Notes: generated by a model not told the origin, from the letters alone. DNA of 64,000 nt from Schizochytrium sp. TIO01 (GCA_004764695.1 SMSO01000031.1:4192436-4256435); one strand, 5' to 3'; positions 1-13,781 are shown, counted from the stretch's first letter. Numbers and translations are program-made.

Positions 1-485
1 AGAGCTCTTGCTGTCGGAGCTTAGGCCTACCTTTGGATGCGTGCAAGGAAACCTTGCAGTAAGATGACGTGTATAATATAATGTCTTTTGAAAACCAAAA
101 GGCCGCTAGCTTATTTGAGAGGGAAGGAGCTCAAGCTAGCAAGAGGCGGCCGAAGCGGCGAATGCCGGTGCTGCCTGAAGTTGGGGGCGGTCTCTCCGGA
201 CTACAGCAGCCGGCGGGACCGCAGGATCCTCGAAGGAGCAGGCTCTCAGGCGCTCAGGCGACGCTGCCTGTGCCTGCTGCCTGCGGCCTGTCTTCGTTTG
301 CTCTTTGTGGATTGCTTGCCTCATTCATTCACTCTTATTGATTCCTTCCTTCATTCATTCAATCATTCATTCAATAATTCATTCATTCGTCCATCATTGC
401 CGATGTTTTACATATTATAGGTAAATAAATACCCTTCAGAGTCACATAGTAGGTACATAATAAACGAATAATAACGATAGATAAC

Positions 486-563
486 AACAAACAAACAAAC
501 AAACAAACAAACAAACAAACAAACAAACAAACAAACAAACAAACAAACAACAAACAAACAAAC
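486..563. repeat. (AAAC)n microsatellite
   Basis: Near-perfect AAAC run read directly; a degenerate (TCAT)n tract lies just upstream at about 321-396. Confidence 0.95.
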
Positions 564-1087
564 ACATATAATCGATCAACAAATCAGAATCCATATTCGA
601 ACATCATGCAATGAGTCAAGTCATGGTCATGACTGGCAGCCTCACGTTGATCTTCAGATGCATAGAGCATGTGGGGATGGTGCAAAAGCCTCTCGGACGA
701 CTTGTTAACGCGAGGTCTCGTTATTGATGTGGCTGTTGGCGCTGTTATCAACATTTCTGACTCTTTCTGTTTCCTCTCTTTCCGTAATCTCGGCCAAGTG
801 GGTCCATTCCCCGCTTGCTTGAGGGTGCAAGTGGGTTTTACAGGATATGTAAGTGAGTTATACGGGAGCTGCAAGTGAGTTATACACGTCACAAGTCAGG
901 TACAGGAGAGGGCTTATTGGAGTGGGAGCTGCTGGTTGCTTTCGTAACTATTGCAACTCCTAATAGTACTGGTAAGGACTGTTTTTTTTAATTCAGAAAA
1001 AGATAAACTTGTTTAGTTTAGGTCCTACTTAAGCACTTACTGTACCTAGCGGTATCTGTACCTAGCTTGATTACCATTCCTGTTGAA

Positions 1088-1128
1088 TTGTTTGTTTGTT
1101 TGTTTGTTTGTTTGTTTGTTTGTTTGTT
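1088..1128. repeat. (GTTT)n microsatellite, inverted relative to 486-563
   Basis: Perfect TTTG run read directly. Confidence 0.95.
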
Positions 1129-3098
1129 CGTTTCTCAACAGGTATGAATAATACGTGTTATCATTTGCCATTTTTACTATTCTGTGTATGTGCCTGGAAA
1201 TACACATCAAGACCGCTCATGGTGGATTGCGAAGTGGTATAGACAGTGCAAGGCTGGAGTGACTAGCCAAGGGGGTCTCGCTTTGCTCAATTTCGCGCCT
1301 TCTGGCCTTGAGAAGGGGGTTTTCGCCAAGCTGTTGGCGTCAGCACTAGTGGCCTATTATGACTTACAGCTAACAATATCTGTTATCGATTGTTTCTATA
1401 AGGTAGTTCGTGTCAGCGATGTGTGAATAGGAAATAAATATAGAAATATAGGCCTACAAATCAATATGCTCAATTATTGTTCACTTGCTTAGACGTTGCA
1501 CCTTTGCCGCTTCTTTGACTCGCCAGTAATCATATAGACTCGATGACCTTCCATTCCGCATTGGCAGATAGAGCACCTACATCTGACTTTTGATCTTGCG
1601 AGCATAAACCGAGCTTCTGGTTTAAAGCATTCTAGGTAATTCTCCTTGCATATTTTCTTACTAGTCGCAAGTCAAGGCTTATTAATGTTGTCGAACAGGG
1701 CTGATTGGAGCGAGGGATAGGGGTGGGAACTGCTTAAGATAAGGGCTTCGCCCAGCTGTTATAGGCAACCTCGTGGAGCGAAGTAGAGAATGAAGCTAGT
1801 AAAACACCAGAATCTTGAGGTGGCCAAGGCACGAGCATCAGCAGCACGTACTTGATTCAGGGTCACAATGCCCTTTTTCTATCTCTTTCTTTTAGTTAAG
1901 AAAGGTATAGGATAGGCCCATTCCGAATTCGCCATTCTACCATTCCATCCATGGTGCTGCTGCTGATAAGGAGATGCGTATCTTTTAGACTATATAATTC
2001 TTCGCCACTTTCATAGCTTTGAGTGGATATTATTGATGATGATAATGACATTGTCAATGAGCAGGGATCAGGCTGTCTTCAATCTACACACCTAGGTACT
2101 CTAGCTAGTACCTAATAGAAAAGTGGGCTGAGTCTAAAGTCTAAATTGGCTCTATCTATTTACAACTCTACGAAAACGTTACATCAGCGCAAAGTCCTCA
2201 AATCAGGAACACTGTCATGAATTTGAATAGTTTCATACGTAGTTCAAGACCTTTGGATTATAGTCGCCTTGCCGTTGAAGCGAATTTGAGGGCGTCAGAA
2301 TGCGCTGTGGAAACCTGTAGAAGCTTTATTTAAATTACAAACACCAAATACAAACACCAAATCATCTCAAATCGTTGTGGTCTTGCAGTAATCTTCGCCA
2401 GCCTCATGAAGGATTTATTAGAAAGGAATGATAGACAAGTACCTCAACGAGATAACGTTTGAGGCTTCACTTATTGCACAACCCTTCCCACGCCTACGTG
2501 AGCCTCATGAGATCAACTTTGTAGCGATATACAGTTTATCATAAAATCTCTCAACAAGATATTACACTGCTTTGACACTAAGACCATTTATTCTGACATT
2601 TTTTCGCGGTCCTCATTGAAAATCAAAAATTCATTGATGTTTCAAGATATTGTAGGAGTGTAGCTCTAAGCATTGCCAATAGGGCAATTATGGGATCAGT
2701 ATCTGCTCTTTCCATGAAAGCAAACTAGAAGAGGAGCTTTCTTCAAAGACCTTGTCTGTCAAAGACCCTATTCAACTCACGAGAATGCACGATTAAATCG
2801 CGAACCTATTTCGTGATATATCATAGAAACTCAACACTGCGTATATGCTTCGAATATGAGCAATTGAAACGTGGTTTAGGTTGTGTTCGGTCAGAGTTCC
2901 TAACCTGGATGGAGACGACTCCACAAATTCTTTACCTCTGTTGAAGGATGATTCCTATGTAGTATCGATGTCTTGACCTTTTATTTCCAGTGCATTTTGA
3001 TAGTCAAAATGCAAGAAAACGTGTTCGCAGTAATAACCTTGGACAAAAAACCAGCAATATTTATTTTTGCTTAACGACAGGGACTACGTTTGTTGCAC

Positions 3099-6000
3099 CT
3101 AGCGCTTTTGGAGCAGTTGGAGTAAATCTAAAGCCTTCACCGAAAGATTGATCTTAGCAATGACACGATCCTCGCGATCAAATATCTCTAGATCCTCTTT
3201 CTCAATGTCACGCATCTCCTCAAGAAGATCAACAAAATCAATACGAGTTTGACCGAGAGTTTTGGTACGCCCTGAAGGCTTAACACCAAGAAGTTCTACC
3301 TCGAGATATGCCTTGCCAGATTTTACTGCACTCTTCATCAGCTTGCGAGCACGAGATCCAGGAAGCATCTCCACATACTTGACTTGATCACATTTGACCG
3401 TTTGTCTCTTATGCGTGCCAGAGCATGACGCAGCGGAGGTCCGCACGATTTCTTCCCCTGGAAAACGAAATTGAAGAAAGACACGTTCCAAATCTGTCTG
3501 CAACTTTCCTAACTTGATTGTTTGTACATGTAATTTAATACTTGCCTCTGAACTTGGTTGCGATTCCTGGTGCTCTGAGGCCGCGTCTTTACCTCGTTTG
3601 CTACTCGCCTTACTATCCTTGCTTCCGCTACGAGACTTCCTCGAGCCTCCAGCCTCGCTCTGTTTGCTTCCATCACCAGTTGCAAAATCTACAAATTCAT
3701 CATAGGAAATGAATCCGTCGCCGTCTTGATCAAACATGTCAATAATCAATCGAATTTCGGAATCACCCAAATCAAATTTTAGACGCTCCAAGCCTTTTTG
3801 AAACGCTCTTCCTGAAATCAAGCCATTCTCATCTTGATCAAAATGACGAAATGCCTTTCGTAGAGAAGCTACACGGCCTAGCATTCGACGGAACTTGTCT
3901 GCTACTTCCTCCGCCGTAGCTTCATCCTCTGGTGCAATCGCTCGCAAAAAGTCTCGATAACGTACGCGCATGTCTTTGCCTGCAAATCTCTCGATCAAGA
4001 GGCGCACGTGTTCTGGCTGAACATCAAAATTAAGCTGTTGTAGGCCTCGACGAAAGTCGTCCGCGTCAATAAAACCAGCGTAATGTGGATCGAAATGCTC
4101 AAACGCCTGACGGTACGCAACACCCTTTTTATGTGCTTTGCGAACTAGAGAGCGGAGTTCCTCGGCAATTTTATCTGCTTGTCGATCAATTTCTCGGCGT
4201 GCACCAGAGGGCAATACGGATGCATCCTCTCCCTGTGCAAACGAAATAAACTCTTCAAAGCTTATTCGACCATCGCCGTCAATATCAAACTTGTCCAGCA
4301 AGGCGCGAACTTCTGAATCGCTCAACTCAAACCTCAAGGCCTCAAGCCCAGAACGAAAGGCCTCTCGTGATACATAACCCTTTGCATCAGGCTCAAAGTG
4401 GCGAAATGTCTTTTGAAGACCTCCTCGACCATAGTGCAAGACGCGCTTTTGAATCTGCTCGCGAAGTTTTTCTGCGACCGTCTCTACATACGCAACGTCT
4501 GCGGGAACGCATTCACGAAGAAAGCGGCGATACTTGATCGTTCGATGCTTTGAGCCTGCGAATCGCTTGAACATTTCTGTTAGTTGGCGCTTGTTTAACC
4601 TAAAATCAAGCTCCTCAAGACCTGTCTTGAAATCCTCATATGAGATTTGTCCTGAATAATCCTTATCAAAGTGTTCGAACGATGTTCGATAGTCCACACC
4701 TCGAAGATGGGCTTGATGAAGTAAATGTTGGAGCTTTACAATAAGTGCATCGATTGATTCGTCGCCAGCACCCTGCTCAGATACTTGCGTTCGTTCAGGT
4801 AACAGAGATCCACTGTCCCTTGCACTATGGCTCTCCGCAACAGCGTTCGCCAAGCCTCCGGATATAAAATCAATACACTCTTGGACATCTACATTGCTGG
4901 CTGTACCAGCGAATGTAAAACAGTCAGCCAGTAAATGAGCATCACGCTCGTCTATACCAAGTTGCGCCTCAATAAGTTGGTTAATAAACAATGACTTTGA
5001 GCAAACACCACCAACTCCTGGGGACAAAAGTTGTTGAAGCATAAGTGACCGAGCCTGTAGACCCTTGCGAAGTCGATCAGCAATGGTTACTGCCTGTCGC
5101 GCAAGCTTCACGCAATGTTCAAACCAATCGATCACATCGGAGAGCTTCGCGCTTCCTGCACCATCAGGGTCATAACGCACCACGATACGTGAAACGTCGT
5201 CTCGTCCTAACGGAAGGCCCATCTTCTTGCACGCGCTTCGCAGCCCATGGCGATCAATTGAACCTGTACCATCTTCGTCAAACTTCCGAATTTCCTTCTT
5301 TGGTTCCTTTGACCACTCTCCAGTCAGAACGCTTGACATAATAAGCTTGCGGACCATACGCTCAAGTTGTGGCGCAAATTCTGGGTCCTGCATAAAGCTA
5401 GCAAACTCGCCGAAAGAGACTTTCCCATTCCCAGACACGTTGATGTATTGAAAAAGCGCAATAATGTCTTGATCTGTTGCCTCCAATGCCAAATCTTGAA
5501 CAGCACGCTGCCATGCAGCCAGGTCAAAGTGACCCTTGCGCCGACGATCGAAATGAGTAAACGGAACTCTAATATTACCTTGGAGACCAACTTGTTCAGC
5601 TACCATGGCCCGAACCTGCTCGCCAAGCGCAGCCACTGCTAGTGTATAAGTATTTTCCGCTTCGGCAACATGCATTACACGGGCAAACTCTATTGCTCCA
5701 GTGCTCTCAATATCGAGAGCTGTGGCCAGATCCTCAAAATTGTCAAGCGGGATAGTGGGATCCACCTTATGCAAGGCGGCCAAAAATGGGTCTTTTCGAA
5801 GAGTTGTATCTTGAGGTTTGGCCCCATGGTGTGCAAAGAGTGCACGAAAGTTGACTCCACGACGACGTCCAGAGTAAACGAGACGCTTCATAAGCATAAC
5901 CTGATGGTCTGTGAGCTGACGTTTTGCAGGTCTCGGAGTTGAAGAGGGTGATTGAGGGTCTCCCGGTCCCATGCTAGAGGTCTGCTGCTCAACCGCATGT

Positions 6001-9000
6001 ACAAACTCCTCATAAGAAATACGACCATCTGTATTTTGATCAAAGCGCTCAATAAGTGCATGGATTTCTGCGGGGCCAAGGTCAAACTGCAATGCTGCAA
6101 GGCCCTGCTCAAATCCGTTAAACGTTAACGAGCCAGAATCAGCGTGTTCCTTAAAATGCTCGAAAGGAAGCTGTCATGTCTCCCTCTGCTGCGGCCGCAC
6201 GGTTCATTATGAGTCGACACAACTTTCGAAATACAGCATCAACGTATTCCTGGTTGCCTTCCTGTTCTTGTAGGTATTTCCTATAGACTACAAAACCGTC
6301 GCTATCAAGAATAGACTCGATCTTGCCATTATACTCGATACCAACTTGACCAAGAGCTGACTGAAAGGCATCTTGGGAAAGCCGTCCATTAAAATTAACA
6401 TCGCGGGATTCTAGCGCATTTCGAAGAGTTCGCAATTCCTCACGAAGAAGAATTTCTTTGCCCGACGATGCAGACCGTCCAGAATCTCGAGGAGAGAGAG
6501 AAATATCTGGGGAATTCGCGTGAGTTGAGCTAGCACCTTCCTGTAACACCTTGGCAAATTCTAAATACTGGATGAACCCATCACCATCACGGTCAAACTG
6601 TTCAAACAGCGCAATAAGTTCTTCTCCATCTAGTTGCTCCATACCAAGTTGCCCCAATGCTGCTTGAAAGTCTTTGCGGGAAACTTCACCCTTCTTTGCA
6701 GGATCAAAATGCTGGAAAACAGTTGTGATGCGCGAATGTTGGCCCAGCTGACGTAACTTTTCAACCACATCCCGAGCCGCTGCGCGTTTCACGGTGCACC
6801 AATCAACAAATGATCGGTAGTCAATATCGCTGCCTACAATGAATATATTTTGAATTGCGTGGATCTCTTCATATGTGAGAGGTAAACCTAGCATTGTACA
6901 GGACCGCTCAAACATTCCCGGCGGGATCTTGCCCGTGCGCGTCCAATCATAATGCTCAAATGGCCCATGCAATGTAACACCAGCAGTAAGTGCGTTACGA
7001 ACAATATTTTGAAGACGTTTTCGGGCGCCTAGTAACGTCTGTTGATCTACTGACAAATTCGGCGGGTTGGTAGCCTTGTCGCTATCAGGTTCTTGCATAA
7101 ATTTGACAAAGTCTTTATACAATACACGCCCTTTTCGCTTAGGGTCAAATCGTGCAAATAGAGCACTTGCTTCTTTGTGATTAATATCAATCCGAAGGCT
7201 ACGTAAGGTTTGAGAAAACTCAGACCTCGAGATCTCGCCATCATTATTTTTATCAAAATGTTGAAAAGCATCAGCGATGTTGATCCCAGATGCTACCAGA
7301 CGGCGCAACAGATCACGTAGGCGATTTTCCAAACTGCGAAGGGCTATAGCAATTGGCTGGCCCTGCGCAAATCTCACGAACGCCCGGTAATCCACTTCGC
7401 CATTGCTGTTCGTGTCAAATATATCTGTAAGCGTTTTGATATCATAGGAATTCAACGCCGCGATGTGCAAGCGTAGAGTTTTGGCAAAATCGCGACGCGA
7501 TACCACACCTTGACGAGAAAGGTCAGCTTCGTTGAATATGTGCTCTGATTGGACCTGAAGAAGCGCATTACAAACCTGAAAGGTCAAACCAGACACATTG
7601 CGTGCCTGAAAGCGGGCAAACCGAACAAACTCATTATAGTCGACTTGGGCACGCTGTTGCTGTATATCAGGGCTGCTGGCTGCATCCCTGCTTGTAGTTG
7701 CTGCATCCGGGTCAACAATAAAGTGTTTTGCAAGAGCCATCGCATGCGAAGTCATCAGGCCAAGATCGCATTCCATGATTCCACGGACAAAATGAGGAAT
7801 TGAAACATACCCTGAGCGATTTTTATCACGGTTGGAGAATGCTAAGCGGATATCGAAACCACTTTGTTTCTGAGAAAGACCTTGTCGCAAAAGATCTTCG
7901 GCATCGACAAGAGCAACATTCTCCAAAAGCTTCTCTGGTTCCTTCTCCTTCATCAAAGCTCGAGTGCGGTAGCTACGGTATGTTGATTGAAGTTTGGTAG
8001 CTTGGGAATCTGCATTATTGCCATATAAGCTTTGAAGTGACTCATGCTCTGCCAAGGAGTAGCCATATACGGCATCGGTGGCCTGTGAAGCACGAGCTAG
8101 TCTCTCTTGAAATTCTAGTTTCTTACGTTCATACTCCTGAATATGCGCTGGTTGTGTGGGCGAAGTAATTTCTTGTTCTTCATATCGCTTTTTTCGAGAA
8201 CCTTCCTTTGCTCGATGCGTCTCGTCTGGCCCAACTCGTGTTGGCTCGTCAACACCAGTATCATCGCCATGGCCATTGTGTTCCAGAAAATCAGGTTCCT
8301 CACGTGGATCGCCTCCGAGCAACTCGTGTTCTTGAAGGCGGAAGCCAAGCTCGTGCAGAGCTCGACAGAAGTCGCGCTTGCTGAGCAGGCCTTCTACTTG
8401 ACGACGCTTAAAGGGGTTTTCCAAATCAGTTTCCCTAGCAATAAGTGTGCGCAATGCTTTCACCGTCTTTTGCTCAGCAGCCGTAGGAGTTTCCATAGCA
8501 CGAAGAAAGTCTTCGTAAGAGATCCGCCCTTGTCGGTTTTCATCGACAATAAGGAGAAATCTGTCAAAGTCTTCCTCCCGTAGAGAGAAGTCAAATTCCT
8601 CCAGCACGGAACGAATATCTGCTGGCGCAATGAACCCGTCACTATTGCTATCCAAGTTCTGCATAGCCACTCGTAAATCAACACCACTATCTTCCGCCTT
8701 CTCTAGGATACGGTTAAGACGAACACGGATAGCTTGTACTCCATCATCTGCAAGTCGCAAAAATCGTCGCCAGTCTACAGCTCCTCCATGATCAAAGCGT
8801 TTCACGAGTGTTTGTACATGTTCCTCACTGAGAGACATGATGTCAGAAGTACCAGCTTGTTCGACAGTAACCAATGGTGAACGCCAGGCGATTCGAACTT
8901 GGAGACTTCCAGCATCTCTTCCATCTGCATCACGAAGCGGAAACTTTCCTGAAATAGCTTTGCCTTGAGCCAATTTAGCAAGAGGTACCACAGTCTTTCC

Positions 9001-11554
9001 AAGAAGTCCATCAAAACCATCCCCTTCAAAAGCATTGTCATCATCGTCGTCGTCATCGAGAACATTGATCTCAAGTTTCTCACGCTCAAGGTAGCGTAAG
9101 ATCTTATCATCCACTAATAAAGGAAACGGAGCTCGAAAGTCATAAACGGGATCAGATGTAGACTGAAGAATGGGAGTGAATGTGTCCGGAAATGAAAGAA
9201 GCTGAAAATGCACGAACGGGCTTGGAAGTGCTCTATCTTTGGTTGGTAAACCTTCACATGCAATAACAGTAATTTCAAGCTGGTTTTGAGCCTTCGCACG
9301 AGCAATCGCGACTTCTTCGTGTTCTTCCTCCACGGTTTTGAGCCTCTCAATTCGCTCACGTTCGCCAGGAACTTCGCGCAGGTATGTTTCAAAGAGTGTC
9401 TCGATAGGGAGGGCGAGACGAATACAAATCTTGAAAGTGCCAATCACTGATCCATCTCGTACACTGATGATTTGAGCGTCCTCCACTTGCCACTTGCCGT
9501 TGCCTTGCAACAAGGGACGCATCGATAGAGATGTTTGCCCTAAAAGCTCAAAATCTCCGTGGCGCGTGCGGTTAAGCTCCAGCGTGAGTGTTTCGCTTGC
9601 TAAATAACGAAGTAAAAAGTGATCAACGGTGACGCGGTACGTTGCGGCAAAGTTGAAATTCGGGTGCAACCCCGTAACCAAAGGAGATGTTTGTGTTTCG
9701 TAATCATAGAAATCAAGCATCACGAATGTTGTCGCGCCATATTCAAGTTTGTGCTCATCTAAATTGGCTTGCTGGATCCAGATCTCAATGAGATTCTCGC
9801 CTGGTCCAAAATCAGATGCAGATGCTGCGAGCGATGCAATGCTGATTGCATCATCACCAGTGTCAACAGAACGAGGCGAACCTGGTGCATCTCGAGAGAT
9901 TTGCTGCTTCTTAGCCTTTTTGAGCAGTTGCTTGACCTGAGCTTCAAGAGCATGAATTTTCTGCAGCCTTCGGGCGCATAAATTTTCATAATCATCAAGT
10001 TTTCGCAGTAGCTCATTGTTACTACCCTTGAGTTTACGCTGCAGGTCCGTGATTTCATCGTTAAGGTCTCGGTTAATTGAGGTCTGGGCTTTGAGCATCC
10101 TCTCTGTCATTTCGAGCTCACGGCAAGTGTTAAGATGTGCGACTTGCAAATCTTGAAGCTTACGGTCACTAGTAGGTGCGGTTTCAAGAAAATCAACTTG
10201 ACCCATAGATTCTTTGCTTCGTTTAATCATTGTTAGAGCGCGCTCAAGTTCACTAGAATCAACACCAGCCTCGCCGCTGTAAAGCCGCATTTTGTCTTCA
10301 AGGACACTCGATCCCCGTTCGAGCTGCTCGAGCTTCAATTTAAGAGCATGATTCTCCTTTGCAAGCTGGTCCCGCTGATTGCAGAGTTGTTCCGAGCTAG
10401 ATTTGAGAGCTAATATTTCTGCGTGATGCATCTTTGCAGTTTCTTTGAGATGCTCGATCTGTACTTTTTGTTGCCGATCTGCTCGTTCTAGACCGAGTAG
10501 TTTATCGACTTTGGATCGAGACTCAAAGGCATCATTGATAAATGGACTCTCACATAATGCTGTAATACGATGCTCAAGGGTTTGTATTTCCTCTTTTGCT
10601 GCAGCAAGCTCCACACTAAGATCCTGCGCGTGCTGCTGGTGAACCCCGAGTTGCTCGTTATCATGATGCAGAGTCTGTAGCTTTCTTCGTAAATCGCGAA
10701 TGGTACGGTTGCCTTCTTCCATTCTATGAACAGTACGCTCATGGATTTCTGCGGCTGCACGAGCTTTGGCCTCAAGGTGCTCGTAACGACTTTTCACAAT
10801 TCGAAGTTGTGCTTCCTTATCTTTAAGATCGCGTGCAAGCGTTTCTTGCTCACGAACGAAGACTCCCGATTCCCGAGGTTTTTCCCCCCATCATTCCAGA
10901 CTGCCCTCCGCGGTTCATATTTCCCAAAACATTTTCTAGATCTGGTTCTGCGGGCGCTGAGGGCTGTTGGTGAGTTCTTCGCCGGAGCATATTGTTTTCT
11001 TCGTGAAGTTTGGTAATACGGTTCTCCATAGCTAAGAGTTTCTGGCGTAAAGTAGAAAGAGCTGCGCTTTCAGATGCAGACATGCCTAGCTTAGACCCAC
11101 CTCCTCTGCTCGAGGGTGGTCCAGCGGTGGCAGGAGCCACTTTCCGCCGCGCTGACCCGGGTGCCGTCTTCGGGGCAGTCCGTAATTGCTCACGCAGATT
11201 TCGATTTACCATACGTAGTCGATCATTTTCTTTGCGCAAAGTTTGAATCAATTCATCTGCCTCCCGGGTGTCTGTGGTTCGAACTGGTCCACGCGAAGTA
11301 TTCAAGAGACCCTTTTCATTGGCTTGCTCTTTAGCGCTCATGGTTTTGTCAATGAGCTGCAGTTTTGTATACATTTGCTTCATGACTGTCTGTTGTTCGT
11401 TGCTCTGATGTTTAAGCGCAGCATGGTCCTCTCGAAGTTGAAGGTATTTCTCCTCCCAAGATGCCTCGTCCTTTGGTCCCTGTGATTTCCGTATGCGCTG
11501 GCCAGGAGGCCCGTGGCCAGATGCGAATTCTATGCTGTTGTTACGCCCCAGCAT
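3099..11554 (-). CDS. RPGRIP1L: RPGRIP1L/fantom-like ciliary transition-zone protein (coiled coil, two C2 domains, IQ motif, large EF-hand array, C-terminal C2-like domain), about 2817 aa, split by two +1 frameshifts
   Basis: Three collinear ORFs (10850-11554, 6151-10797, 3099-6092) overlap and join by single +1 shifts without needing splice sites. The N-terminal motif WEEKYLQLRED, coiled coils and the C2 motif TTFVMLDFYDYETQTSPLVTGLHPNFNF match the RPGRIP1/RPGRIP1L family. A second C2 domain (LEITVIACEGLP...PSPFVHFQL) and many DxDxDG loops follow. Confidence 0.85.
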
Positions 11555-12749
11555 GGTTTGAGGAAATTGTTTTGATCCTAAATCCTGTGCACCACGAGCT
11601 GATGGCGCTCTTTCTGATCAACGCAAGAAGAAACCCTGGTTTCAACGTTTCGCAGAGATGATTGCTCTCTCTGATGTGCGCAAGCCCACCCGACGACGGC
11701 ACTTCAGAAGGCAAGATCGCGGCGGCACTCAGAGTTCTCTCAACTGACCAGTCAGCAACAGAGGGATCTGTTCTGTTCTAGCCTTGAGTCAAACTAGCGA
11801 CAGCTCCAACCTAGCCGCCTGGGCTCAAAGCCCGATTCTGCTTTCAGTGAACGTTAGCTTGGGTGCTCGCCTTTCATGACTTCATGCACCGAAGGTCTCT
11901 CGTGCGTTGAAAGTTGCCGTTACGATGTCTTAGGCAAAAGCGTAAAATATTGCTTTAAAGTTAAAAAGAAAAAAAACTCAAGAAAGTAAAAACACAAGAA
12001 AGTAAAAACACAAGACAGGAGAGCTCACGTACCCAACATGAGTATACCCCGAGCCCAGTTTTCCTGAAGATCATATTCATCACGCTCAGGGAAACCCTTG
12101 TACATTATTCTAATTAACCATGCCAAATCCAGCACACTAAAATACATCGAGTGTGGCTGGCAACAGTCATTGATCTTTTATATCTCCATAAATTCCATAT
12201 CATACGCTATTTTCCATATGTTCCATATGTTCCATATGTTCTATATATTCACTTATGTGGGCACCAGCAGTTGAGCGACTCCGACCACGTGCCATCGTGA
12301 TGCCAATCGGCCATCTGCCAAGAGTCTCGGGGCGCACGAGTGATGCTATGAAAACGAGCACACACATAACCATCCTTCCCTTAGTTCAAGTCGAAGGTTC
12401 GTGAAAGAGCGATTTTGAGATTAAGTGAAGCAGCTTGGATATCTAAACGGAGGGTACTTATGTACGACATTCTCACAAAATGCGGAATCTATTTGACAGC
12501 TTTCAATCAAATTAGTTCTTTAGATCATGATTGATATCTCATGCGACCAGAATGTTAGACTCTAGACAAACGGTCAGCCACAAGTGCTCGTGGACTTGGC
12601 ATTGGTTGCAACTGTCCAACCCTCGCGGCGTAGTACCCAGCGTATAGAATGCAAGAACTGGTTATGTGTGTATTTCTTTGCATCTCTATTTCGGTATTGA
12701 TCTCAATTTTCATTTCAATTGACGAAGAAGAATATAGATGGTTTCGTAT

Positions 12750-12797
12750 TTCAAATTTTAAATTTGAATTTGAATTCAAATTTGAATTTCGAATTTA
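12750..12797. repeat. AT-rich TTTGAA/TTCAAA palindromic tract
   Basis: TTCAAATTTTAAATTTGAATTTGAATTCAAATTTGAATTTCGAATTT contains the 16-bp palindrome AATTTGAATTCAAATT. Confidence 0.7.
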
Positions 12798-13781
12798 AAG
12801 AGAATCACCCCTATGCATAATTCGAACTCTACTAAAGTTGAAAGTGAATTGTGTGTCTGCGATGACGATTGTGACTGTGAACCATGTCGCTTTGCGTGGG
12901 TAGCACTAGTGGTTTCGTATCTGGCTGAGGTGTCAAACGAGTGTGCAAGTAGCGACAGTCAGACCAAATTCATTTCATTACCAAAATTATCTCCCGTATC
13001 TGCCCCATCCCCAAACTTTCTTTCCACCCAGGCCAGTTCACGTTGCCTCCTGCTCCTGCTCCTGTTTCTCCTGCTTTGCGCTCTTCTGACCTCAACGATG
13101 ACAGGTGTATTGATTGGCAAGCGCTTTCGCACCAGACGCCACAGCCATAGCCCTCTGGCGGGGTCTCTTCAGCGGAATTCAGCACGCCCAACTTCCTTCC
13201 TTCTGCGGAGTCGGGCAATCCCAACGAGCTTCTTCTCGTCTTCTCGATGGCCCATGATTACTTCTCCTTCGCCCCGATCACCTCATCCTTTAGGACCGTC
13301 TTCAGATCGTACAATAGGCTACTCGAGGCGCGATGTAGGTCGGCCTCAAAGGAGGACGAAGAGATCGGGGAATCCATCTAGGAGCACCCAACTGCATCAT
13401 GCCACTTTTCTAGTGCTACTAGCAAAAACTCGCATAAATCAGCGTCAGATCTGTCTAAAATTTTCAGATGAGCAGCAGAGTTCGCTGAGCCAGAGGAAGA
13501 CAGAGCGAAAAGAAAGGATTCTGAGGAGCTTCGTAAGAGCCCCGGTCTACAGTACATTTACATGAAACAGTAAGACTAGAGTCAGCGAAGAGGGCCTTCA
13601 AACAAAGAAGAAAAGAAAGACTAAAGAAAGTCAATCGCGGGAATGAGCAGCAATAATAGAACTCCTCCTTCAAGTGAAGTTTGCTTCTTCTGTCGATCTC
13701 TTCGCTATTCGGGGAGCGACGTGAGCTCTGCAAACCTCAAATCTGGGATTCCTCAGGTTTGCGAAGTTTTGGTGAGCGGTG

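Noticed and set aside
383-565. FVCL-repeat ORFs (also 32402-32605)
   Set aside because: Translations of GTTT microsatellites.
12813-13565. 250-aa ORF upstream of CRAL-TRIO
   Set aside because: Low-complexity Ser/Arg/Leu sequence from promoter/UTR-like DNA with CTCCTG repeats; no domain.
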